This document shows, in pieces, positions 10,914 to 19,564 of a stretch of DNA of 64,000 bases; position 1 is the first letter of the stretch; each line of letters begins with the position of its first letter. The position numbers were made by a program, and so were the translations under genes. A model generated the notes under the pieces. It was not told the DNA's origin, did no database searches, and saw only the letters and a program-made list of their open reading frames with translations. Origin of the DNA: Terriglobia bacterium (GTDB taxonomy: Bacteria; Acidobacteriota; Terriglobia; 2-12-FULL-54-10); assembly GCA_963666975.2 (NCBI GenBank), contig CAXVYR010000004.1, forward strand, positions 96,001-160,000, in the 5' to 3' direction.

Positions 10914-11633
10914 GGGGCTGTCCTAGCTAAGGGTGATTCTGTCTCGATTTGATCCATGTCTTCAATTGGTTAAGCAGTGTCGGTGGTTACCGCCATTGAA
11001 GCGCCATTCGCACTCCTTCAGGAAGAGGTGAAAACTCTGTTTGGGCACCCCGTTGAAGCGCCGAAGATGCCGCTTTGCCTGGTTCCAGAAGTTCTCGATC
11101 CCATTGATGTGGTTCCGTTCGTCGACGAACCGTTCCGAGTGGTTGATCCGAACATGGTGGAAGTCCGACACATCCAGAGCATCGTAGCTCGAAAAGCCAT
11201 CCGTGTAGACGATGCTGTCGGGCTGGATCAGGCGCTCCATGATCGGCATCAACGTGTCCGTACGGGCATTGGGGATCATCACCGTGTAGACCCTTCCTCC
11301 ACGCTTCAAAAGCCCGAAAACCGGGACTTTCCCGCCAGCACCACGACCGCGCTTGCCCTTGCGGCGACCACCGAAGTAACTCTCGTCCACTTCGATTTCG
11401 CCGCAAACCGAAGAGGCTTTCTGGGTCTCCTCGGCAATCACCGTGCGAATCCGTGTATAGAACGAAGCGGCCGTGTTCCGATGAACCCCGACAAGCTCAG
11501 CCGCCGCCCGTGCCGTCGTCCCGGCAACGAAGTGCTCCACCAACCGATCCCGCTTCGCCTTGCTCAGCCGACTACGCCGTTCGTACATATCGCCATCCTA
11601 TCCCTAAGCAATCTGCTTAGCTAGGACAGCCCC
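10914..11633 (-). mobile_element. IS1595-family (IS1016 group) insertion sequence, 720 bp
   Basis: Perfect 18-bp TIRs GGGGCTGTCCTAGCTAAG; 8-bp direct repeat TTTTTTTA at 10906-10913 and 11634-11641. Confidence 0.95.
10962..11588 (-). CDS. IS1595/IS1016-type (ISXO2-like) transposase
   Basis: EIEVDESYFGG, GKRGRGAGGK, IVYTD, RINHS, HINGIENFWNQAKR, LKECEWRFN. A probable 1-nt frameshift near 10978 cuts off a tail (LLNQLKTWIKSRQNHP) ending in the TIR. Confidence 0.93.
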   Translation of the reverse strand: MYERRSRLSKAKRDRLVEHFVAGTTARAAAELVGVHRNTAASFYTRIRTVIAEETQKASSVCGEIEVDESYFGGRRKGKRGRGAGGKVPVFGLLKRGGRVYTVMIPNARTDTLMPIMERLIQPDSIVYTDGFSSYDALDVSDFHHVRINHSERFVDERNHINGIENFWNQAKRHLRRFNGVPKQSFHLFLKECEWRFNGGNHRHCLTN

Positions 11634-11682
11634 TTTTTTTACTGCCCTGGCGGGCAGAGTGGAATCTTAAGCCGGACGGAAG

Positions 11683-12482
11683 TTGAAACCGGAAATTTTA
11701 GAAATTGTAAAGAACGGCATTTTTCACGCCTGCAGAAATGCTTTGCCGGGAGAGGGACTGCTGGCTCATTCCAACACCCAACTGCGAAGGACCTTGGTGG
11801 ATGCCTGCCGCATCCTGGACCAGCACCGATTGGTCCATGGTTACGGTCATGTGAGCGCGCGCGCCGAGGACGGCAGCACATTTCTGATCAGCCCGCGCAA
11901 GGGACTGGCACTCGTTCGGACACCCCAAGAAGTGCTCCATCTTGACCTCGACGGCGAGCCGGTTCAGCCCAAGGGTTCCCGGCGGCAAGGCAAAGGGCGG
12001 GTAAAAAACAAAGATCAAGCGCCGCTAGAACTGTTTCTGCACGCGGAAATCTATCGTACCCGGACAGATGTGAAGGCTATTTGCCGGACGCATGGCATCT
12101 ATGCCCTGGTGCTGAGCGTGCTGCGGCGCACCGTGCTCCCCGTCCACGAGCTAGCCGTGCCCTTGGGACCGGAGGTGCCTCTGTTTGATTCCCCGGTGCT
12201 GATCTCCACCCCTGATATCGGGAAACAATTGGTCGCGGCGCTCGGCTCTGCGCGAGGCCTCTTAATGCGCGGGAACGGAGCGCTGACAGTAGGCGCCTCG
12301 GTTGAAGAAGCCGTAGTGAATGCCATTTTGCTGGAGACCTCTGCCGAGGTCCAATGGCGCGCCCTGGCCGTTGGGGAACCCGCATGGATAGTGGGGAAGG
12401 AGTATATCCGGCTTGCCCAGTTTGAGTACGGGCGGTGAACCGTCCCTGGCAATATTACCTGGCGCGCAGCCGCACCAAATAA
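11683..12482 (+). CDS. Class II aldolase/adducin family protein (probable frameshift near 12432)
   Basis: GYGHVSAR, PLELFLHAEIYRTRTDVKAICRTH, LLMRGNGALTVG. Annotated stop 12438, but another frame continues NRPWQYYLARSRTK* to 12482. Start uncertain. Confidence 0.82.
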
Positions 12483-12587
12483 CATGGAAGCCGCTGAAAA
12501 AGAACCGGGGGGAATAGCGCTCCCTGGCATCTGCCGGCAGAGATTCTCCTGTAATTCCGCTACGCGGAAATCAAATTAAGGGCTGAG

Positions 12588-13013
12588 TCAAACCGCTTCG
12601 TCGCCGGCCGATTTCCTCCTCAGCAGACCGTCGAGGCTCCATCTTCCCGGCCCGGCAGTGAACAGGAACAAATAAATGAAACAATACAAAACTGCAAACT
12701 CTCCCCCGTTCTGATTCGGCCACCAGAATTCTCTGGGGAAATGAGAAGTAAAGTACGCAACGGCCATCTCCCCGGCCAGGATGAATGCAACCGGCCGCGT
12801 GAAGAGCCCCGCCACGATTAGAATGCCTCCGGCAAACTCAAACACTCCTGCAAACCAGATCAGAGTCAAGAACTCCCGCGGATTACTGCCGAGCAAACCA
12901 AACAATTTCTGCGCTCCGTGCTGCCAAAACATCACGCCGGTAGCAATGCGAAGCAGAGTCAGTGTCACGGGATAGAACTGGGGATAGAACTGGTCCAACA
13001 TTCGGGTTATCAT
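12588..13013 (-). CDS. DoxX family membrane protein
   Basis: LLRIATG, HGAQKLFG, EFAGGILI..GLFTRPVAF, NGGE, GPGRWSLD. Confidence 0.92.
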   Translation of the reverse strand: MITRMLDQFYPQFYPVTLTLLRIATGVMFWQHGAQKLFGLLGSNPREFLTLIWFAGVFEFAGGILIVAGLFTRPVAFILAGEMAVAYFTSHFPREFWWPNQNGGEFAVLYCFIYLFLFTAGPGRWSLDGLLRRKSAGDEAV

Positions 13014-13280
13014 TTTATTTTCTCCTTATGGGCCAAGCAAGATGCTGGGCGTGTTCCCGAGCTTCTATAGTTATTGATTCTTTGATGCTAAAAACCTCGA
13101 CAGGTTGCACCGAATATGACCTGTCTGGAACAGCGCCGGCCGCGAGGGTGGCGAATGTGTGTGTGGATAGCAATTTCCGGGCAGAAATATGTGCAGGGAA
13201 AAAGATGCGCCGGGAAGGTGCTGTGGGTACGGAAAAGTTCGGCGGAAAGCTGAAATTTATTGCCGTCCAGAGCTCCGTTT

Positions 13281-13721
13281 CTAGGAACATCCGGAAGCTA
13301 CAGCAACCCTATCCCGAATTTCCAGGGGAATCGCGTGCGACTTTGGCTGGCCGTTGACGCTCTTGCAGCAGACGACATGCACTTGCCCGCGAGCCAACTC
13401 TTCGTCTTCTCTGGTAAAGGAGATTTCAAAAGCCATACTTTTATTGCCGATTTTTTTCACAAAAATATGTATCTGCAGAAGGTCGTCGAACTGCGCGGGT
13501 TTCTTAAACTCACAGGAAACGCTGACATAGGGCCAGTCAAACTCCTCCTCCCCCGTTCCTCCCCAGTACCTCGTCAGGGGGCCAGGCAGGTCCAGGGTGC
13601 GAAAGAACTCGGCCACCGCCGTATCCATATGCTTGAAGTAATTGGAAAAATGGATGATTCCAGCCCGATCCGTCTCGTGAAATTCCACTCGTCTCTGTAA
13701 AAAGTGTTCAGAAATCGACAT
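13281..13721 (-). CDS. Acyl-CoA thioesterase (4HBT/YbgC hot-dog family)
   Basis: RVEFHETDRAGIIHFSNYF and CEFKKPAQFDD motifs; AAAGGAG RBS. Confidence 0.9.
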   Translation of the reverse strand: MSISEHFLQRRVEFHETDRAGIIHFSNYFKHMDTAVAEFFRTLDLPGPLTRYWGGTGEEEFDWPYVSVSCEFKKPAQFDDLLQIHIFVKKIGNKSMAFEISFTREDEELARGQVHVVCCKSVNGQPKSHAIPLEIRDRVAVASGCS

Positions 13722-13939
13722 GGCATTTCTCCTTTGGGGTAATGAGCTTTCGATGCCATGTGTAACTAACCGCTGGCATCATAGCTTTTCGCTTCCCCTT
13801 GTTGCGCGTCATTTTGTTGCGCGTCACTGACTGGCAGGCTGTGGCGGGAGTTTCGCAGGCATGGAAGTCGGAATCCTGCACAGTGTTCATTGCAGACCGG
13901 CATTTCTTTATCTACATGCGATTGCTATTCCACTCCTAA

Positions 13940-14139
13940 CAGGTTGTTGAAAAACACCATTTGCCCGCTCCCTCACGGTCGGGCTCGGAATCGGCGTGCT
14001 GATTTGTCTGCGCTTACCGAGCCGCGCGCCTGTCCCGCCTGCCCTGCCTGCCCTGAGCGAAGTCGAAGGGAGCGGAGTCGAAGTGAGCGAAGCCGAGGGA
14101 TTAGCAAGCGGACCCATACACCAGTTTTTCAACAACCTC
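13940..14139. mobile_element. MITE-like element with REP doublet and 72-bp triple-nested insert
   Basis: TIRs CAGGTTGTTGAAAAAC / GTTTTTCAACAACCTC flanked by CTAA and TTAG; inverted relative to the 10744 copy; insert at 14029-14100. Confidence 0.85.
14029..14100 (+). repeat. Three nested copies of a 24-bp hairpin unit
   Basis: CCTGTCCCG[CCTGCCCTG[CCTGCCCTGAGCGAAGTCGAAGGG]AGCGGAGTCGAAGTG]AGCGAAGCCGAGGGA = 9+9+24+15+15. Confidence 0.9.
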
Positions 14140-14387
14140 TTAGATATGCCGCCCCAGGTATCGTCGTCAATGCCATGAAGTGGATTTTTTGAGTTCCGCC
14201 CGCCAGAATTATACGCCCCACTCTTTCATTGGGAACTAATTTCCATGCCCTTGCGCGGCTCTGCCGGAAAAAGGACCCGGGTAGCTCCCGCCACTATACT
14301 TCGATTACGCCTGCGATTACGGTGAGAGCGGTTGGAGGCCGATATGGCGTTGGGAATTATTTTCAGACAAGCTCTTCATGGTTCCGC

Positions 14388-16565
14388 TCACCTCGCGAGC
14401 GGGTCGGGGCGAAGCTGGAAGTGCACGACCTTGCTCTTCGTGCCTTTTCCGCCTTCGCTGTGAAAAGGCGCGCGTGTGGCCCAGGTGGACCACAATCCCT
14501 TGCCCTTCCAGCCGGCGTTGGGATCGTCGATCCGGCCGTCCAGCCCTTTGCCGTAGAACCCCAATGGATAGGGCACGCGAAGAACTACGAACTTCCCGTC
14601 GACCAGAGGCAGCAGGGCGTCATGCTGATTGCCGGTGGCAATCGGCACGTTGACTCCCAGCCCGAAGGTGTCGAACAGATCCACCCAGGAGAAGTAGCTG
14701 GCCTCGGCGCTGCCGGAGTCGGTAACGCCCTGCATCTGCGGTCCCGGAAACGGGTAGAGCGTCCAGCCTTCCGGACAGTGCTGCCCCGTCGCAGTTGGCC
14801 CGTTGAGGGGGCCAGTGCACTTGCGCCGGTCGAAGCTGGCAAAGTGCCCGCTCGCAAGGGGAGTCCAGACGACCCCGTTGCCGTCAACGTCCATCCCGCG
14901 CGGCGAGAATCCCTGAACGGCCGCGTTTGGGTTGTCCCACGGAAGCTCGTAGATTTCCGCCAGAGCGGTCTCCGGCGGGTTCGCCCCAGGGCTCAGCCGA
15001 ACGACCGCGCCGGGAAAGCCAAGCGACGACCCCCAGACGGAATCGTCCACCGCACTCGGCATGACGCCGTAGAAACCCGCCGATATCCGCTTGTCCTTGG
15101 CGGGATCGACCGGCTGATCCGGCTCCACCCACGCGTCCTGCTTGCCGTTGCCGTTGGTGTCTAGGATGAGCGGTGTCCAACCCTGCGATTTCTCCTCATC
15201 GCCGGTTTCGTCGAACATCTTCGTATTCAGCCAGCCGACGACTTGGCCGCCGCCGCTGGTCCACAGCGTATGGTTGTCGTCATCGTCAAAAAACAAGTGG
15301 TGCGTGCTGAAACAGGTGCTGACGAGCGTGAACTCGCCGGTTTCCGGATCGTACATGGCGAGGTTGCGCCCTGTTCTGTTTGTCGGGAAATGTTTTGCCG
15401 AGGGATGGCTCGACCCTTCCTTACAAAATGCCGGGTTGTCATTCGGACGGACTTTGGAGGTGAGCCAGACCCGCCCTTTGTGATCGAACATCGGATTATG
15501 CGCATTAGCCTGGCTGTTCCAGATGAGTTCGTCTCCCCAGTAGGGCGAGGGCTGCAGCATCGTCCGCGCCGATGAAATAGGGGTTTCCGGATCGCGCACC
15601 GGAATCGTCAATTGGCTCGCCGTGTGGCTTACCGGATCCAAGACGCTCAGGGAATTCGAGCTGTGCTCATGGACCCCGTAGATGGGGCCGTTGGCGTTGA
15701 CCGTGGGGTCCCATTTATCGGTCGCTATCTCATCGTGGAAATACTCCTGCGGGGTAGCCCAGTCCCACAGGGTAACGACGACGTTTCGCTCCACGCCTTG
15801 CGGCCGGGGCGGCACCGGAGGCAACTCTCCGGCGGCGATGCGATCGGTCCAATCCGCAAACAGCTCCAGCGCCCGCTCCCGGCCCATCTGGCCCACGCGG
15901 CTTATCATGTTACCGCCGGCTTGTCCGGACTGTAAGCGCCGGTTCCACGCGTCCACCGTCGAGTCGAAATCGCCCAGACCCGGGGGGAGCTCTCGCGTGG
16001 CCTTGTTGCCCATCTGATGGCACGTCACGCAGCCGTCCGTTTTCACGTACCGCAACCACTGGGCCTGGCTCTTCATGCTCTCCGAAATGCCGTTGCCATT
16101 GGGCCCTGTGCCGGGAAAATCGCTCTTGTCCGGCACATGGAGCAGGGAGTACCAATAACTTGCCGGGTAGTATTCCGCCGCCGCGGCTGGATTCGGCGCC
16201 ACTACCGCCGTCAGGTCAACGATGTTGCCCGGCGTGGCCTGCACTTTGGGGGAATCCACCAGCCCGTAGCCGCGCACCCACACGCTGTAGCTCGCTTCCG
16301 GAAGGTCGGGCAGCAGGTAGCGTCCCCGGTCATCGGTGACTACGATCTTGACGAACTTGGTGGGCAGATCGGTCGTTTCCGCAATGACCCAGACTCCTGC
16401 TTCCGGCCCTTCCGCGCTAGTGACTACCCCGCCGAGGTCGTCGTTGTCGATGCGGACTCCACCTCCTGTCAGTTGGCATGCGCTTGTCCCGGCCAGCAAA
16501 ACGGCCAAGAACACGGCGAAGCCGGTCCACACCATGCCTAAATACGACGCCCTTGTCGTCTCCAT
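14388..16565 (-). CDS. Exported carboxypeptidase-regulatory-like domain protein with a CxxCH heme c motif and probable beta-propeller
   Basis: AGGAGG RBS before M 16565; hydrophobic leader; GPEAGVWVIAET, VVTDDRGRYLLPDLP..YSVWVRGYGL; DGCVTCHQMG. Confidence 0.8.
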   Translation of the reverse strand: METTRASYLGMVWTGFAVFLAVLLAGTSACQLTGGGVRIDNDDLGGVVTSAEGPEAGVWVIAETTDLPTKFVKIVVTDDRGRYLLPDLPEASYSVWVRGYGLVDSPKVQATPGNIVDLTAVVAPNPAAAAEYYPASYWYSLLHVPDKSDFPGTGPNGNGISESMKSQAQWLRYVKTDGCVTCHQMGNKATRELPPGLGDFDSTVDAWNRRLQSGQAGGNMISRVGQMGRERALELFADWTDRIAAGELPPVPPRPQGVERNVVVTLWDWATPQEYFHDEIATDKWDPTVNANGPIYGVHEHSSNSLSVLDPVSHTASQLTIPVRDPETPISSARTMLQPSPYWGDELIWNSQANAHNPMFDHKGRVWLTSKVRPNDNPAFCKEGSSHPSAKHFPTNRTGRNLAMYDPETGEFTLVSTCFSTHHLFFDDDDNHTLWTSGGGQVVGWLNTKMFDETGDEEKSQGWTPLILDTNGNGKQDAWVEPDQPVDPAKDKRISAGFYGVMPSAVDDSVWGSSLGFPGAVVRLSPGANPPETALAEIYELPWDNPNAAVQGFSPRGMDVDGNGVVWTPLASGHFASFDRRKCTGPLNGPTATGQHCPEGWTLYPFPGPQMQGVTDSGSAEASYFSWVDLFDTFGLGVNVPIATGNQHDALLPLVDGKFVVLRVPYPLGFYGKGLDGRIDDPNAGWKGKGLWSTWATRAPFHSEGGKGTKSKVVHFQLRPDPLAR

Positions 16566-16926
16566 GTCCGCACCTCCTGTTCTCATCTTCATTTCCCCGC
16601 TCCTCCCATGGTGGCCTGCGCCTTGGATCACAAGATCATCGGATGACTGGACCATCCGTTAAACGCATCCTTGGAATGCACCCATTGGAATGCACCCATT
16701 CAATGCATTCGTGCCCGATTGATTACACATAATATTTGTACAGCTTCAATGGGGCCACCCCCCTTGGGTTAGTTCGCCTATTAGAACATATTTCCAAGAG
16801 GAACATTTCAGTTCTTTTTTCCGTCCAGGGATCCGGAAGATATTCCTTATCTTTGCACGGCGCTGAGAAGTGTTTCCCGGCTTTGAACTTGCTATTTCAT
16901 GTTCAATGTTTTATCTTTCGGCTTAG

Positions 16927-17056
16927 CAGCTTGTTGAAAAAAGGATTTTGAACGACGCTACGAGCACGTAAATCGTTGTAACCCATTGATTCTTCGTTCG
17001 ACGGCATTCCAGAAAAGTGGTTTTCGGGCAGGCGAAAATGATTTTTCAACAAGCTG
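16927..17056. mobile_element. MITE (130 bp) with IS5/IS1182-like ends
   Basis: Perfect 15-bp TIRs CAGCTTGTTGAAAAA / TTTTTCAACAAGCTG, flanked by TTAG and TTAA; no coding capacity. Family assignment is inference. Confidence 0.85.
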
Positions 17057-17074
17057 TTAAGGGGGGACACTCCC

Positions 17075-17572
17075 ATGCATCTTTTGCATCTTTGGCGAAA
17101 GACATTCCTGTTGGCCTTCTGGCTTATTGTTGCCGCCCTACCGGCGCTTGCCCAGCTCGAACGAGTGGTAGCTGAATCCAGAGGAATTCTCTGAGGAGAC
17201 TGCGTGGCGATCATGCAGGTCTCCTTACAACGCCTGGACGGCGTTGACCGAGTGGTTATCAGCAGAAAAAAGCAGATGTTCGCGGTGACGTTTGAGCCGG
17301 GATCCAGCTTCCGCCCCAAAGTGCTGCGCGACGCGGCTACCGAGGCTCATATTCGGGTCGTTCGCTTCCACGTTTCGGCGCTGGGCGAGGTCGAGACGGA
17401 AGGCGAAAAGCAGATATTTGTCTCCGGCGAGAACCGATATTTGCTGGTGGACTCGCCCGAGCTCCCCACCGGCATCCGCATCGGCGTGGTAGGCGTGGTG
17501 GACGACGCCACCGATCCGTTCCAGTTGAAGGTGGCAGATTTCAAGCCGTTGAACCAAGCCGCTAAAAGATGA
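17075..17572 (+). CDS. Exported HMA-like metal-binding protein with in-frame TGA (UxxC); probable selenoprotein
   Basis: ATG 17075 with AAGGGGGG upstream; signal peptide ending ALPALA-Q; RGIL-TGA-GDCVAIMQVSLQRLDGVDRVVIS matches the HMA GMxCxxC...L..LxGV..V pattern; in frame with track ORF 17204-17572. Confidence 0.78.
17195..17224 (+). promoter_or_regulatory. Candidate bacterial SECIS-like stem-loop
   Basis: Directly after TGA 17192-17194: GGAGAC-TGCGTGG-CGA-TCATGCA-G-GTCTCC (6-bp + 7-bp stems, bulged G, two G-U pairs). Confidence 0.6.
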
Positions 17573-18138
17573 GGAGTGACGAACGGACCGCAGGGAGAAT
17601 GCCTTGCGGGTCCTCTCATAAGAAGGCGGGCCACAACAAAGACAGAGTGACCACCCCGGCGGAAATAAAATCCCGCCAGGATCGCCCCGCCATCGTCCTC
17701 CGATGACTTACTCTTCTTCCTTTTCTTTCGCTGTTTTCTTCGGTCGCTGTCCTTCCGGGTAGCGAACGTTCGGATTATCCTCTATTTTTTGCTAGTTAGG
17801 CAGACGGCCAAAGCCAATTACATTTGCAGCCTTGCCTAGAAGTATACGCCAAGGCTCCTACGCCAACAAGGCCTGCCCACCGATGGTTTTAACGCGGCAG
17901 CAAAAGCAGGGAAAATTTCCCTGAAATTCCTATGCCTTGACAGTGAACTTTCTTTTGCCGTCCGTTGCAACATATTGCAACCACAAAAGGTAGCTTCTCC
18001 CCGCAAACTGGAAGCTCAATTGCCCTACTCGGATTGGTGCTTTTCAGTAAATATTTTAGTTCGAGCATGTCGCGGGAATTGATCTCCGCCTGTCCTAAGC
18101 CGGAATCTTCCGGCCTGGATTTTCGACTGGAGGAACAT

Positions 18139-18975
18139 ATGAAGCAAAAAGTGAATTGGCACAAGGCTACCGTTGCCGCGCTGTTGGCGGTGGCGACCGC
18201 CGGCTTCGCGGGCGGTTGCGCCACCAAGAACTATGTCCGCAAAGAGGTCACAGGCACCGCCCAGGACCTCTCCGCGCGGATTGAGAATACCGAACACGGC
18301 ATTGAGGCGCTCTCGCATCAAACGGAAGAACTGAATTCCTTGAACAGGGAGCACGCCCGGCAAATCGAATCCTTGGACGGCAATCTGCAGCAGGTGGATG
18401 AGAGAGCAGGCTACGCCATGGCGGTGGGAGAAGGAGCGCAGCATGCCTCCGAACGAAACGCCACTCAGGTGTTGATCCTGCAAGAAAACTTTGCAAACAG
18501 GAACCAATACGGACTGCTCTCGGAAGAGTACGTGCGATTTGCATTCGACAGCGCCAGCATAGAACCGGCTCACCACCAACTGCTGGATGACGTGGCGCGG
18601 CGGATGCTGGAGCGTCCCGATGTAATCCTCGTTTTGGAAGGGCGCACCGATGCTACAGGGAACGATTCCTACAACATCCGGCTCGGCGAACGGCGGCTCG
18701 AAACGGTGATCCGCTACCTTGTGGTGAACCAAGGCGTTCCCATACACAGGCTCTACAAGATGAGTTTCGGCGAAGCGCGGCCACTGGCCTCCAACGGCTC
18801 CGGAGAGGGGCGGGCGCTGAATCGTAGCGTGGTAATTCAGATCCTGGAACCGCAGCTCGGCAATGCACAGGATGGAAACCCAGCTGTAAGCCAGGATGAA
18901 AACAAGGATGAAATTCAGGATGAAAACCGGGCTGCGTTCATCGACGAAATCCTCTCCGAGCCCCGGACGGATTAG
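18139..18975 (+). CDS. OmpA family lipoprotein with coiled-coil N-terminus
   Basis: GGAGG RBS; lipobox AGGC-ATK; FAFDSA, LEGRTDATGNDSYNIRLGERR, SFGEARP, RALNRSV. Confidence 0.9.
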   Translation: MKQKVNWHKATVAALLAVATAGFAGGCATKNYVRKEVTGTAQDLSARIENTEHGIEALSHQTEELNSLNREHARQIESLDGNLQQVDERAGYAMAVGEGAQHASERNATQVLILQENFANRNQYGLLSEEYVRFAFDSASIEPAHHQLLDDVARRMLERPDVILVLEGRTDATGNDSYNIRLGERRLETVIRYLVVNQGVPIHRLYKMSFGEARPLASNGSGEGRALNRSVVIQILEPQLGNAQDGNPAVSQDENKDEIQDENRAAFIDEILSEPRTD

Positions 18976-18993
18976 GGATCGCAGGCATCAGCA

Positions 18994-19500
18994 TCAATCC
19001 GGGGACTGCGCGGGGAGACGGCGCATATCGATCTGCTTGAGCCTTTCCAGTTCCTGCGTGAGAGCACGGATGCGCTCCTCCCTCGTCGTGAGATCGGACC
19101 GGAGTTGGTCAACCTCAGCCTGGAGACGCAACAGAAACTCTGCTTGGGGCGCAAACGGGCTATGAGGAAACTCGCTCACAAGCTGCCCGAACCGTTCCAT
19201 AGCTTGCGGCAGGTTCCGTACTGAGCTGCCGGGAAAAGCGTGGCTCATGGCAAGGCGAAACAGGACCCTGTCCCGGTTCTCCGCGGAGGGATTGTCGCGC
19301 AGGTAGGCATTATAAGCGTCAACTGCGCTGGCGTAGTCTCCCGTCGCGAAATACTCCTCTGCCAGCTCGAAATAGTCCGGAGGCGGCGGGACCGGCGTGC
19401 TGGTCGGCCTCTTCTGGCACGACCAAGGCAGCAAAGCCAGCACCAGAAGACTGACCGACGATACACTCCGTAAAGTCTGCCGTTCATATTTCGTCATCAC
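18994..19500 (-). CDS. TPR lipoprotein with C-terminal coiled coil (QseG/YfhG-like position)
   Basis: Lipobox-like LPWSC; BamD-like TPR (YFATGDYASAVDAY...FPHSPFA); tail LTQELERLKQID. Confidence 0.7.
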   Translation of the reverse strand: MMTKYERQTLRSVSSVSLLVLALLPWSCQKRPTSTPVPPPPDYFELAEEYFATGDYASAVDAYNAYLRDNPSAENRDRVLFRLAMSHAFPGSSVRNLPQAMERFGQLVSEFPHSPFAPQAEFLLRLQAEVDQLRSDLTTREERIRALTQELERLKQIDMRRLPAQSPD

Positions 19501-19564
19501 GAGAAATATTATCGCCTATTGTTGAAGCACTGTCAGGTCAGCCCGGTCTCAGATCGGACTACTC

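Noticed and set aside
10930-10985. Short C-terminus of the IS1016-type transposase
   Set aside because: A single missing base explains it; TIRs and TSD are intact.
12425-12482. TGA at 12436-12438 in the aldolase as recoding or programmed frameshift
   Set aside because: The tail is in a different frame and is restored by one extra G in a G-run; no Cys-motif context. Probably an indel error.
14029-14100. Nested repeats or 15-bp tandem arrays as a mini-CRISPR
   Set aside because: No unique spacers of regular length, no leader and no cas genes.
13890-14192. ORFs containing ACPERSRR/LSEVEG peptides (also 42595-42918)
   Set aside because: Translations of the MITE and 24-mer repeats, not independent genes.
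17600-18138. Sigma54 promoter or sRNA upstream of the OmpA gene
   Set aside because: GTTGCAACATATTGCA lacks the -24 GG; no supportable RNA structure.
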